DNA from: Cirrosporium novae-zelandiae
Lineage: Eukaryota
DNA: 64,000 nucleotides
Reading direction: 5' to 3'
Assembly (NCBI GenBank): GCA_026023565.1
Contig: JAPETS010000023.1
Location: forward strand, 248,001 to 312,000
Position 1 is the stretch's first letter. The number at the start of each line of letters is the position of its first letter. A model generated the notes under the pieces. That model had not been told where the DNA came from. It saw only the letters and a program-made list of their open reading frames with translations, and ran no database searches. Made by a program: the position numbers and the translations under genes. Of the stretch, positions 12,215 through 23,984 are shown in pieces.

Positions 12215-13117
12215 TCAGGTTCATATGAATAGGCGTTGGCAGGCTAGTTCCTTGCTAGGTTCCTTTGGCTTCTCTCATTCATATTTAATGGGTTCTTGCG
12301 AACAGGTCGTACCTTTGTGCTTGTATCTTGGGATGGTTTTTTTTAAATCCATTATTAGGTCGGGCTCCTGATGGGGCATATGGTGGTTTTTTCTTATAAT
12401 GGTTTAAGTTTTCATGGTCTATCAACCAAAGCCTGATTGTATTCAAAAGTTAGTTATGGATAGGTAACAATAAATATATTCAGATGGGGCAGGTATTAGT
12501 TAGCTCTGGGATTGGCCAAATGTCGGAACGAACCCCCCCACGAAACCATCAGATGACCCCCCCCCCCCTTGCCCTCATGATGCCCAACCACCAGAGCCAA
12601 GTCATCTTCAAGCTGCAAATCATCCTCTGTCCAACCAATGCTCTGACTTCTACATGACTGATGTTCAGCATGTCTGACTGGAGGATGACTTCTCCTATAT
12701 TCGATATAATATATAGGTATATATGTATAGACTATATATTTCCCTATCATTATTTATTATCGATTTATTATCGTATTGTTTGATACAGCATCCAAGCTAC
12801 CCCACAATCTCGCCCACACTACTTGTTCAACAATATAGAAAACAGGCCAGCTTACTTGCAGCAGTTTTTGACGGGCCTCAATGTGTTTAGGAAGATAGGA
12901 AATTTTGCTTTAAAAACTTTGTGTGTAAAGCATACTTACGGAATTTTCGGTAACGCACATGGGTCTTGAAGCAAGAAGACCAATTTGTTGATTCGTTCCC
13001 TAAAGCCAACGCCCCTCTATATATCTCGAGTTTTAGAACAAATATTGGCATACGGCACTCTCATCGCCGTATCCATCACATCCTATCGCAATCATAATAG
13101 CTACAGCTCCCTTCGCA

Positions 13118-13861
13118 ATGTCTTTTCTTCGCCCATCCACCGCAACTCAACCTTCTCTCTTCCCCATCTATCTTCTTCCTTCCCTTCCATTTTCTCGGCG
13201 GCGACGCAAATCCTCAACAACTTCTACCGACTCTACATCCTCCACGCCCGACACCCCTACTTCCCCAGAGGACGAACCTAAATCTCCTTCGTATCTTCAC
13301 GGTCATACTTCTCATCTCCGTTGCCTTCGGTGCTCCGCTCCATTAGCTCTTTCCTCCCAAATCATTTCAAAGGGGTTCACTGGTCGTCACGGCCGTGCCT
13401 ACCTTGTCTCTCCGACCCCTTACGCATCTCCTATATCGTGCCTCCCTTCGTCCAGCTCCTCGGAAAAGGCCAAAGAGAGTCTACCAAATACATACACCCA
13501 CAAAGCTGTTCCCAGGCAACTAGTTACAGGTGCACATACTGTTAGTGATATTAGCTGTGCATTCTGTGGCAGCGTACTCGGCTGGAAATACGTGGGTGCA
13601 GATGAAGAATCGCAGCGGTACAAGATTGGCAAGTTCATATTAGAAACACGAAGAGTCAGCGTAAGTGTGTGCTGGGAGGGTGGAGAGGAGATTGAGGAAT
13701 TAGGAGGCTGGGAAAAATTGCCCAGAAATAGAAACGGAGAGGATGGAGAAGTCGAGTTTGATAGTCAGGATGAGGATGAGTGTGAAGATTTGTTTGCTGG
13801 TGTCTGGAGTCCAGAGTTGGCTGCCAGAAGGAGACGAGGGAGAAAGCTAGGTAGAGGATGA
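13118..13861 (+). CDS. Yippee/Mis18-family zinc-binding protein (Moh1-like)
   Basis: CLRCSAPL..IISKGFTGRHGRAYL..RQLVTGAHTVSDISCAFCGSVLGWKY..QRYKIGKFILE; intronless. Confidence 0.9.
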   Translation: MSFLRPSTATQPSLFPIYLLPSLPFSRRRRKSSTTSTDSTSSTPDTPTSPEDEPKSPSYLHGHTSHLRCLRCSAPLALSSQIISKGFTGRHGRAYLVSPTPYASPISCLPSSSSSEKAKESLPNTYTHKAVPRQLVTGAHTVSDISCAFCGSVLGWKYVGADEESQRYKIGKFILETRRVSVSVCWEGGEEIEELGGWEKLPRNRNGEDGEVEFDSQDEDECEDLFAGVWSPELAARRRRGRKLGRG

Positions 13862-14555
13862 ATGAGTTGATCATCGCGTAGCATATTCATAGCTACAATG
13901 GGTTTAGGGCAAAGGCGGCTGTTCGGTGGAACAACGGCTAACCTCTCGACAGTGTGGGGGTTCTGCGCTTGTACATGAATGATATACGTCATATCTTGTG
14001 CTCCTTTTTTGAATTGGATATGGAGTCTTGGGGATTGGATTGGCTATGGAATTTGATACCTAATGCGTGGATGGATATCGGCGTTCAACCTTGGACTTGT
14101 TTTCGCTTTGCTTCCAAATGAAATGGCAGCGAACTACTATTAATGGTTACTATCTATGAATGTTTAGAATGACTCTGCGGATTTGACAATATCAAATTTT
14201 ACCCTCATGTCTAAAATTCCTTCTGAATGATTCTCTCAGTAGTGCATTCTCCATTTTTCAGCCGTAGGATGTTCAGCTCCAACGGTCGATATTACTCTAA
14301 GTATAGAATCGGGGTTGTCATGTCTGACCAAAAAGCAGCATTATAAACCACTATGCCAAGGCTACTCTTAGAAATCTAGCTACAATACCAATTACTACCA
14401 TCTTATCTTGTTCAAATCCGTGGGCTTGAAGCGTTAAATGTCGCCTTGCTGGATATTATGGCTATTCAGCTAACCCAGCCTCTGTATTTCTTTGCTCCAC
14501 TTTTCCCCTAGTTCCATATCTCCATGTTTCAATCTCTCCATGATACTGACCATAG

Positions 14556-16645
14556 GGATTCAAACAACTGCCAGGAACCACAACGGCCACCGAAAACCAA
14601 CACCAAAAAGGATCCGACTCCCTTATCACTTTGGATAACAAACCTTCTAAACGTCCCAAATTTAACACTTCTCCACCTCCAGCTACGAGCTTCACATTCG
14701 TTGATAACAACTCCATGGCTCCCAAAACACAGGACCAAAAAGTCATTCGCGCTCATGTCATGCGAGAATATCGTCGGAGGCAGAGATTAGACCAGAAGAC
14801 TGTGGCAAGAGTGAAGTGGAGAGAAGCAATAGTTAGTTCTAAGCAAGAAACTTCGAAAAACACTGAAGGGGAAGCTGGGCGTGAAGATATTTGGAATGAG
14901 CACACTGGGGAGAACTCCACCGAGAGGCACAGATCCGGCGATATATTTATATATCATGGGAAAGGAGGAAGAGAAAGGAAAGCTTCTTCCCTAGTCCCAT
15001 CTCCCAGAAAGAAGATAAGGGTTGGCCGTGACGGCAAAACTAGAAGAAGCACCCCTGTAATAAACAGCAAAAAGAAGAGAGCAATAATAGATTACAAGCA
15101 GTGGTATGGGCCTCAAGGGTTTTGGTGAGCTGATTCTTTCGGGTGGGCTTTCAGGAATTAGAGAATCTTTTGGTGCTGGAGGGGTGACGATGGATGCTCA
15201 GATGTTTGAATATTTTCAGAATTATTTCCAGACATGCGAGTGCCTCTTCATTCAGATGTTGAATATGACTCACTGATCCTTCTCTAGCCCATGTTTTAGT
15301 TGATGAAATGAATAAATATAAAAATACCAATATGGCATTCTGCTATCCAAGTAAGTAGGCTCATACAACCTTTGAGAGCAGGGAATGAAGCCGGTAGCAG
15401 ATATCTACTCCTTATATCTATCCTATTTTCACGTCACTTCTCAGTAACCCCAACTAATATCATTTTCTCCCTTATTCAGTCTATCCTTGTTCCTTCTTCT
15501 CTCCTGTCCGCCCCTTCACTCGTCTCATCGACCTCTGCAAACATTCCCCTACCCTTCCCCCCACATCTTCTCCACTTCTCCACGCTCTTTGCGCGAACGG
15601 GGCAATCTATTACGCCATGCTTCACGGAAAATCTCCTCGTCTTCCCGAATCCCCGTCCACTTCCAATGTGGTCACAGATCTTACCATCCGGCACGTACTA
15701 CTCCACAGAGCAGAGGCCCTTCGCCTCCTCCGTGCAATTTTCGATTCTCCGACTACACACACGAGGATTATAATTACCGACGAGATCATCGTCACTATAA
15801 TAGTTCTTCGCTCAATTTCCGCCCTCCTTGGCCTCGGAAACGAAGTTGCCATCCATGATATGGGGTTTTACCAGCTCGTCGAATCTCGCGGCCTTACAAA
15901 TCTCGACGAGAATTTCAAGTTCGATATTATGGCTAAAGAGATTAGGAGTTCATATGCCAGGAACAAAGCCCCTCGATTCAAATTACCGCTAGACTGGAAG
16001 ATAAAATATGATGATTATGGTGCCGATGAGGTTCCATTTTCGGGATTCGAGGACGAGGAGGTTAGATGTTTCCTTTCAGACGAACTATTAAAAGTCCTTA
16101 GGTTTCTCTCTCACGTCTTTAAGATCGCACTTTCTCGTCGTATGTTGCCCTGTCAATGGCCGGACCTAGGAGTTGGATCCGACCGATCTGTTGGCCTGAG
16201 GACACTGTACCTGACTGCTGAACACACACTACTATCGCTCCCATTCATTCCTCGCTCTCAAACGCCCTCGAGCTTTGAAGAGCCTGTAAGGCTGGCAACA
16301 TTGTTATTCTATAACCTAGCGTTATGGTCAGCGCCACCATATCTTGCCCTCATGAAGACAAAGGCGAGAGAGTTATACAACGAGATGCTTCCTTTAAGCC
16401 TCCCCCAACCCATAACGGATCCAAACAGTTCACTTTTGAAAGAAACAAGGCAAATCACCAAAGGAGAACTGAAGCTCCGTTACTGGATTCTCGATGTCGG
16501 GATACGAAGTACCCTTCCTAGACATGTAGAGTTCATGTTCTTTCACGAAGAGACTGAGAGAACCGAGGCGATGGGACAAAATATGGGAATAGGAGCTGAG
16601 GAATGGAGGAAAGGATTTCTAGGAGCAGATGTGGAATGGGGTTAA
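14556..16645 (+). CDS. Fungal-specific transcription-factor-like protein; 5' structure uncertain, possibly disrupted
   Basis: N-terminal FTFVDN..QKVIRAHVMREYRRRQR motif common in this uncharacterised fungal family; helical C-domain (LLHALCA..HRAEALRLLR..TDEIIVTI..VESRGL..EEPVRLATLLF..LRYWIL). Inferred introns 15236-15287 (GC-AG) and 15351-15479 keep frame; a frame break at ~15090-15128 is unresolved and the start codon is not established. Confidence 0.5.
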
Positions 16646-16906
16646 GCATGCACCTACTCTATATACTATAAATATACAGTTAAAAACTTAATCCTATATT
16701 GTAAATATTGAAATTTGGATGGGTATCAATTCTATCAGCCCTATCCAGCCTTATAGAGACGATAGTGTTCGGTTAAAACTACCATCCTGAGTCGGAACCA
16801 CAAGCTTCAACGTTGGAGCTTTTTTTTTTCTGACGTAGAATTAAGATAAGCAATTATCTACATTTTTTCCAAAAAGCCCGGACATTTCTATCCATCAATC
16901 CTATTA

Positions 16907-18470
16907 ATGCTTCTATCACGATGTCCCGCCTTCCGAAAGCCGATATCACTCCTTCTTAACCTACCACTCAACCTCCGTCTCCGGGTCTTTCAAGCCGCTT
17001 TCGTAGATAGCTCGTTACCTCCCGCTCAACTCCCACCTTTGCGATCAATACATCCTTTTCTTTCCTCAACCCAAGCCTGCCTTGCATCCTCGGCGTCTTC
17101 AAAACGCTGGCAAAATCGTCAAGAACGAGATTCTTTCACAAAGGAAGCTCGATTGCAAGGGCTGAAGAGTAGGGCAGCTTTTAAACTTCTTCAGGTGCGG
17201 CTTGATGTTCGAAACCGCTAGAGGTTATTTACTAGTGCCTAGATGAAGGCTTACGTCGTGGATATTATTTGTAGATCAATGAGAAATACAGGATCTTTAA
17301 GCATGGGCAGACGGTTGTGGATTTGGTATGTCTATTCAAAACAATTTCTTGGAATCCGATGTCTTTTACAAGGCTAACCGCTTCTTTAACAATAGGGCTA
17401 TGCTCCAGGATCATGGTCACAAGTTTGCCTTCCTTATTTCAACTCAGTCCTCTCCATTCACCTTCTTATATCTCCTTTTCCCTTAGGTAGCGATTGACCG
17501 GACCTCCCCTGGCGGCCGCGTCCTCGGTATTGACATCATTCCCGCGCAACCGCCCAAAGGTGTTTCCACCATCCAAGGAAACTTTCTTTCACCTGCCATT
17601 CAAGAAGAGGTGAAGCGCTATCTCCTAGATCCAAATCGCGGACGAGCTCGACAACAGAGCTCAATCTCAGAGTTGGCACAGGGAAAAAAAAGCGAGCATG
17701 TAGGGGAAGTGGGAGAGAAGGAGGATAGCGATGATATGATGAAGGCGGATAAGCTCGCGAGTGGTTATATCGACCTAGAAAAAATGACTAATGTTCATGG
17801 TAATGAATTGTCTGACCATCTGCCATCTTTACATAAAGTCAGCAAAAAGGAAAAGGACACAATGGAGGGAAGGACGGTGGATGTGGTGCTTAGTGATATG
17901 TCCGCGCCCTGGGAGCAGCCCCTCGCACTTCATAAACGTAGTTTAAGCCAACCGTATAACAGGATGATGAACGCTAGCGGAAATGGTTTGAGGGATCATT
18001 TGGGAAGCATGGTAAGTTTCTCTGCGCTTTTTATCTGACTAGCACACCCCCTCCCCCCCTTCAGGCCGCTCCTTAAATTTGCCCTAACTAACCTATTTAC
18101 CTTTTTCTGCGCTCTGACAGGACCTTTGTCTCGCTGCCCTTCGCTTCAGCTACTCAGCCCTCAAAGTCGACGGATCATTTATCTGTAAATTTTACCAAGG
18201 CGCGGAGGACAAATCATTTGAACGACGACTCAAAAAGCTATTCAGATCCGTGCATAGAGAAAAGCCCGAGGGCTCTAGAAGTGTGAGTGGGCGCTCCCTG
18301 AAATTTTTTTCGATTCCTTGGAACTCTATATAATGTATAATGGGTGGTAGAAATCTCGCTAACTGGAAAGCTGGATATTCAATTTATAGGACTCGAAGGA
18401 ATGTTACTTTGTGGCTGTGAAACGGAAAGATGACGTGGATGAAGAGATCGTCTTTAAAGATGCACCCTAA
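16907..18470 (+). CDS. MRM2: Mitochondrial rRNA 2'-O-methyltransferase (FtsJ/RrmJ family), multi-exon
   Basis: Presequence-like N-terminus; SSKRWQNRQERDSFTKEAR..LKSRAAFKLLQ, VVDLGYAPGSWSQV, VLGIDII, VDVVLSDMSAP, FICKFYQG, EKPEGSRS|DSKECYFV; ends TAA 18468-18470. Confidence 0.92.
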
Positions 18471-21423
18471 TATGATGCTGAGATGTGTTGGGAACATGGA
18501 TTATGACAAATCCAATTGATATATTGATTTTTTGTACGATTAACTCTAAAAATCAGCTTGAATAAATGCTTTTATATCCTTTATCTAACCACCCTTATTT
18601 GTGCATGGATGATGAATACGGTATACAAAAGATCTTCACGAATAAATACTAGGCCTTTTGCATCTTAATTATTTCTAACCTATCTATCTACTTAACTTAT
18701 TCCCAGCTTTCACAAGCATTATTATAGTCGCAATTATTCTATTGAATGGGGAGCTAAAATACTGTCTACTTAGTAATGTAATCTCAGGAAAATGAGGGAA
18801 ATAAAGAAAGAAAGAGGGGATTAAAAAATCTCGGTTAGATTACATTAATATAATTACATACATAGACTATAAGCACGATAAATAAGCCGTAGATAATTGG
18901 TAAAGGAGCCAACCATCTCTAACAAGTCCTCTCCTCCAACATCTTATAATCAAGCACTTCCCCCCTTAGCCTAACCCCCCCCCCCCCATAATCTACGCGC
19001 TATAGTGATGATGATATATAGATATCAACCTCGTTTCCTGCCAATCATTCAAAAAAAACCCTATTTTTTAATTATCGATAATCTAATTTCTAATCTATCA
19101 TTCTCTACCTGTCAGCGTAAAACACAATTCAAATTCTTCTTCCTAAATATATTTTGCCTCGATCATTTCTTTGATTGACTCCCTTGATTGTTGATACTTA
19201 AAGTAATGACCGATTGTCTCAGTGATATATATTTTTTCCAAACCTCCTTTTTTTGTTTCTCTTTTCTTTTACGTAGATCGTACCCCCCCTGGTTTATATT
19301 ATATGTATGGCATGGTGGTGGTCATGTAAAATGAACTTGCAATCGTCTATTGGTTATTGATTATTATTGTAGGGTTTGGAATCTTCGATGTTTGTGTTCG
19401 GGTTCCCTTAATGGGCATATGTACATGTACAGGATTCAGATTCCTTTACCCAGGATCTAAGGATACTGACCGCTATGTTAATTCTAGCTTTCCAACGGGG
19501 AAGTCCAGGAGAGGGGTAAGGGTCGGGGTTGGGAAGACATGGCTCGAGAGAGAGCTTGATATATAGCTGTATGTAACTGATGAGGGATGAGGGTCATGAA
19601 ATCACACTATCAAAGTAAGTTATAGTCGTGTTGGTATGATTTCGTTGTTTCTAGTTGCAGATATTCTTCCTCTCTGCTCATATACTTGCTATAGATATCT
19701 GGCGCCCGAGCCGAGATAGGATCAGATCTGAGTTTTGAAAATTAAAAAAAAAAAAAAAAAAGGGGGGGAGGGGTCGTTAGATAGAAACAAGTATTAAATT
19801 AACAATGACTATAGCTATGGAAATTGCACTTCTAATTGGAGTATATAAAAGTAGTTGCTGAGACTGTAAACCTTGAGACGGGAGGGAAATTATGAATATA
19901 TTGTGGAAAGTGCTACATAGGATTCGAGGGAAAGTGGGGAGCGATTGGTAGAGTTAGCAGGACATCATCAGGGGCAGTATACCCATTTCCTCAGCATCCT
20001 AGATAAAAAAAAACCCCTACCCTAAACCCAAATATATTATAAAAATCAACATATCAATTGAAAACAAAACAAACCACACCTTTAACCTAACCAAGCATGA
20101 TCCATCCATGTACGTGTCCAAGGTTTGTCAGTTTTCCCTCATGAATACCTATATTCTATTCTCCAATGGCTCCATACTCTATGGAATTTAACTTGCAGGT
20201 ATCAAATCAATCATGTCATTCTATTCCCATCGACCGTCGACCGTGTTTTCCTGAATTCGAACTAGGGGGGGATTGAAGGTTGAAATAAGCTCCACGGCTT
20301 ACTTGCTTTCTTGTTTGGAAAAGAGCTACGCTAAGATATAGTACTTACCTTACTTGCGACCAATCACGGTTGGTAGCCCTGATGCTTAAGAAGAGGTGAT
20401 GATTAGATTAGATAGGTATCTAGATAAAATCATTAATTACTCTAATTAGTTAGATTAAAAGTCCCTTTTGGGTAAGTAAATAGATATTTCAAAGAACAAT
20501 TTGTTAGAGATAGGTAGGTAGATAGGTAGGTACCCAGGTAGGATACTTGCTACGTGTGCGCAAACTTGGGGGAGGGGGGACGAACGACTATGAAATGCAA
20601 ACAGAGTATAAAAAACTTCCCCCGTTTACGTTTGTAGGTTGGAATAGCAAATAGCTAGATGTTGCGTTTATGGTACACACAATAAGTCAGAAGACTGGCC
20701 GATTGTTGAATTAGATGAGAGAGAGCTTATATTGATGCTCCTTTCTGCTAATAGGGATGGGAGAGGATAGGTAGCAACTACTACTCGTCATTATCAAGTA
20801 TTCCCTCAAACGAGAACCTTTCCGATATTGTTCGAACAACTCTTACTGTTGTTATAACGTAGACGAGGGGTAGGTAACTAGGCAGTGTGAGTGTGTGTGC
20901 TGGGCTACCTAGCCCATCACCTGCCCCCGGAATCACAAACAAGCATATAACAAACAAACAGTATTGTTTATTATGTGAATCTTGCCCTCCACTAATATAT
21001 TGGACGAAAACCAAGTTCTGCTTTACTGAAGGAGCTAAATTCTGCCCCTGAAGGTGTCGAATCAACGCGTGGTTTTTTTATCTGTGACATACACACACAT
21101 ACCTAGGAATCTTCTACTCGAATCTTAGTTGAAAGAGATGGGTTTGAACTTGAACTTGAGTAAAGATAGGGGAATGGATGTTAAAAAGGGAGATCCGAAT
21201 TTGGGAGAGGAGAAGACTAATGATGGTGTACTACTCAAAGTAGAAGTAGTTGGTTTGGTTTTTTAAGCATTTGGTGCTGATGAGTATATAGCGGTCCAAG
21301 AGGAAGGGAAAGATGAATAGCCTTGATAGGGTCTTGATCGTAAGTGCAGTTTACCACCCGTATCCAATATTTAGCTATCATTATACTGAGGGCATCTAGG
21401 CAAACGAGAGGTGGAATAGCCAT

Positions 21424-21774
21424 ATGCAAGAAAATGGGCCCGAAGATAGCCACCACGGAGGCATATCACAGGAGAGTTTTCTAGATGTGAATCGAGTTCT
21501 CCAGAGATGGCACGAGGCCAATAAACTGTATGAATCATATTCAGCAGGAACCTCGATCGATGATGATCCTACTCCGACGACAACCACAGACGAAATTTGC
21601 ACAGAAGAGGAGTTCAGGGAGGCCGTCAAACTCACCAAAATATATGTTGACAGGTATCTCCACCAGAAGTCGGATTTTCCAAACGTTGAGGGGCTCTTTA
21701 GACGGATCGAAGCTACCACTGATTTGATTTCCACGAGATGCGGTGTATATGTTGTTCGCACTAAACGGGTCTGA
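21424..21774 (+). CDS. Hypothetical orphan protein, 116 aa
   Basis: ATG-started intronless ORF with protein-like acidic/helical composition; no family recognised. Confidence 0.3.
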   Translation: MQENGPEDSHHGGISQESFLDVNRVLQRWHEANKLYESYSAGTSIDDDPTPTTTTDEICTEEEFREAVKLTKIYVDRYLHQKSDFPNVEGLFRRIEATTDLISTRCGVYVVRTKRV

Positions 21775-22499
21775 GTGATGAAAGTAGGGGGTGCCATGTT
21801 TTGTGAATTTTTTTGCAGAGGAATTGCTACCAGAGGCATGGTTGAGTGGTAGCATTCGTTCAAGGTCTAATTTCCTGTCTTCTGAGACTAACTGGTATTC
21901 CATCTACCGCTGTTGTCATACTCTCTAGGCTGGTCAGCGTTCATAGAACGTAGTGTTTCGAAGTGTTGATTATAGATCGAGGGCTAGGATGGTGGAGTTA
22001 TGCCATTAGGTGGATGATAGATTGGAAGACATCATTGTTAAAGACAATAATACTCACCACAATGTGACGTGCAACAAATAGGACGGATGCAAGACAGCTA
22101 TCACCTCATGTGAGAGAAACCGTAGTCTCATTCGCAGCAATTCTTTCTCGTCTGTCCCTGTAAGCCACGATATCACGTAAAGACTGCATAAAGGGAAATA
22201 AATTGGACACGATCGAATTCACACTCTTCACTTTTGCATGGTGAGAAAGGTTCAACGTCAATATACCCTTCACCTCAATGCCTGTATTCAAACAGCACCA
22301 TATCCTTCGACCTCGAATTCGAAAAGACTTGACCGATTGATCGACCTTCATTCTCATCCGTTGTCGCTCGGTCTTACTCTCTCTACTTTGACTCACTCTT
22401 TTGGCCATTCTAGTCAATTCATCTCGCTTTTGAACTACTCTTTCCACATTCGACGTCACAAAGTGATCATCTGTGTCATTCACTACCCGTGTCCTAAAT

Positions 22500-23296
22500 A
22501 TGACACGTCGAGCAAGCCAAGGGAGAATGTCCCAACATCAGCAGACAAGTCGACCTGAGCGTACTCAACGGAGTGGGCGCCAACCAGTCATAAATGGTTC
22601 GACTGGCCGTCGTAAGTACTTGGCTACCTCTTCTGACAGCATATCTTCACTTGAAGCTGACCTCAGATGTGGTGCTTCCTATAGGTCGAGCAAACCCTGT
22701 TGATACCACTGGATTTCAACCAGGTCAGGCAGACCCGGACCACTCAGGGTTAACCAGAATTGGTATACCACCAGACAATCAACATACAAGCGCTTCGGTT
22801 TCAGCAGGTGCTAGTATTCCAATACTTGATGTTAGTGACCCTTGATCCCTTTTGCCATGCATAGTAGCTAGAAACAAATATTACTCAAGGAGTGAGCAAG
22901 CGGCTGTCATATTTGTTGAAAGCCCCCTCGAGATCTAGAGATTTGGCTGACCATATTTCAAAGGATGATCCTTTCGCATCAGTTCTTGAACTCACCCAAG
23001 ACGATCTCGATGCAATAACTCGACGGCAAATCCTCGATGAATACATGGCTAATCTTTTTAGAGTCATGAGGATTAGGAATATTGGACCTGTTGTGCTCCC
23101 TTTCCTCCCGCATATGACAGATGCGGATTTCATAGAGATTGAGAGCTGGATATATTCCCTGATGAATGATCGTCTCGCACATGTGAATATGTCGTTTGAG
23201 AGACGTACCATCTGGCTCTCAGTATTCGGTTCAATTATTATGACGAGGCGTTATGTGCTTAGGGGAGGTCGGCTTTTATTGGACGGAGTGGTATAG
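22500..23296 (+). CDS. Hypothetical orphan protein, probably three exons
   Basis: ATG 22500; intron GTAAGT (22612)..GCTGAC..TAG (22684) joins MTRRASQG..GR to RANPVDTT in frame; a second short intron (~22808/22831 to ~22867/22871) joins the 134-aa ORF ending at 23296. No family recognised. Confidence 0.4.
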
Positions 23297-23867
23297 AGTC
23301 ATTGTCGTTGTGAAGATCTAGAAGTGAATTGTGGGAGCAGCCTTGATGCCCTTTACTCTTTTATGTTTATTTTGTTGGACGTGATAATGATGTCGTCGGT
23401 TATCTTCGCTGGCATTAACGTGAGGCAGCTAAGCGATGGGGCTGATCCCTGTTTTTCTTTATGTCGCTTTGAGTACGAGTTGGTCTATACGACGTCCTCC
23501 TAGCTGTTTAATAATGATTTGTTCATGATGATGATGACTATTGCGAGAATAATATATTTCCGTAGTTAAGAATTTTATGTGCTGTGCGGCACCTCGTGAT
23601 ACCTTTTTCTGTAATGAACCTTATATATACCACGAGCTTTAACATAAAAATTGCCGCTCATAGTCGTCCCGATAGGAAGCCGGTTTTACAATGGACATTT
23701 GCCCTTGGGATAATTGCATTGCAAGATGCATAAGAAACCTTAGAGCAAGCAAGTAAAACACCAAACAATACAGAGTCAATCTAATCTGTCCTTTGTCATT
23801 TCCTACCCTTCAACCAGTGTCTAGCTCCATACAACTACCACATTATATTTTGAATCTGTCAACAATT

Positions 23868-23984
23868 GGTGGGATGGCCGAGTTGGTTATGGCGCCAGGT
23901 TAAGGTCCACCTTAGCTTGATAAGTTACGAAGGTAACATTTCCTGGTTCCGAAAGGAGCGTGGGTTCGAGTCCCACTCCCATCA
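23868..23984 (+). tRNA. tRNA-Leu(AAG) with 35-nt intron (23906-23940)
   Basis: Acceptor stem GGTGGGA/TCCCATC+A; A box TGGCCGAGTTGG; anticodon stem CCAGG/CCTGG with TT-AAG-G; long variable arm TTCC-GAAA-GGAG; GTGGGTTCGAGTCCCAC T arm; T-run terminator follows. Confidence 0.95.

Noticed and set aside
14404..14445. SCSNPWA*SVKC resembling a decayed Zn2Cys6 start
   Set aside because: Only two of six cysteines and an in-frame stop; could easily be chance.
20300..20560. TA-rich region with TAGG/TAGA repeats as possible RIP-degraded transposon
   Set aside because: No terminal repeats or residual coding motifs; fits ordinary low-complexity intergenic DNA.
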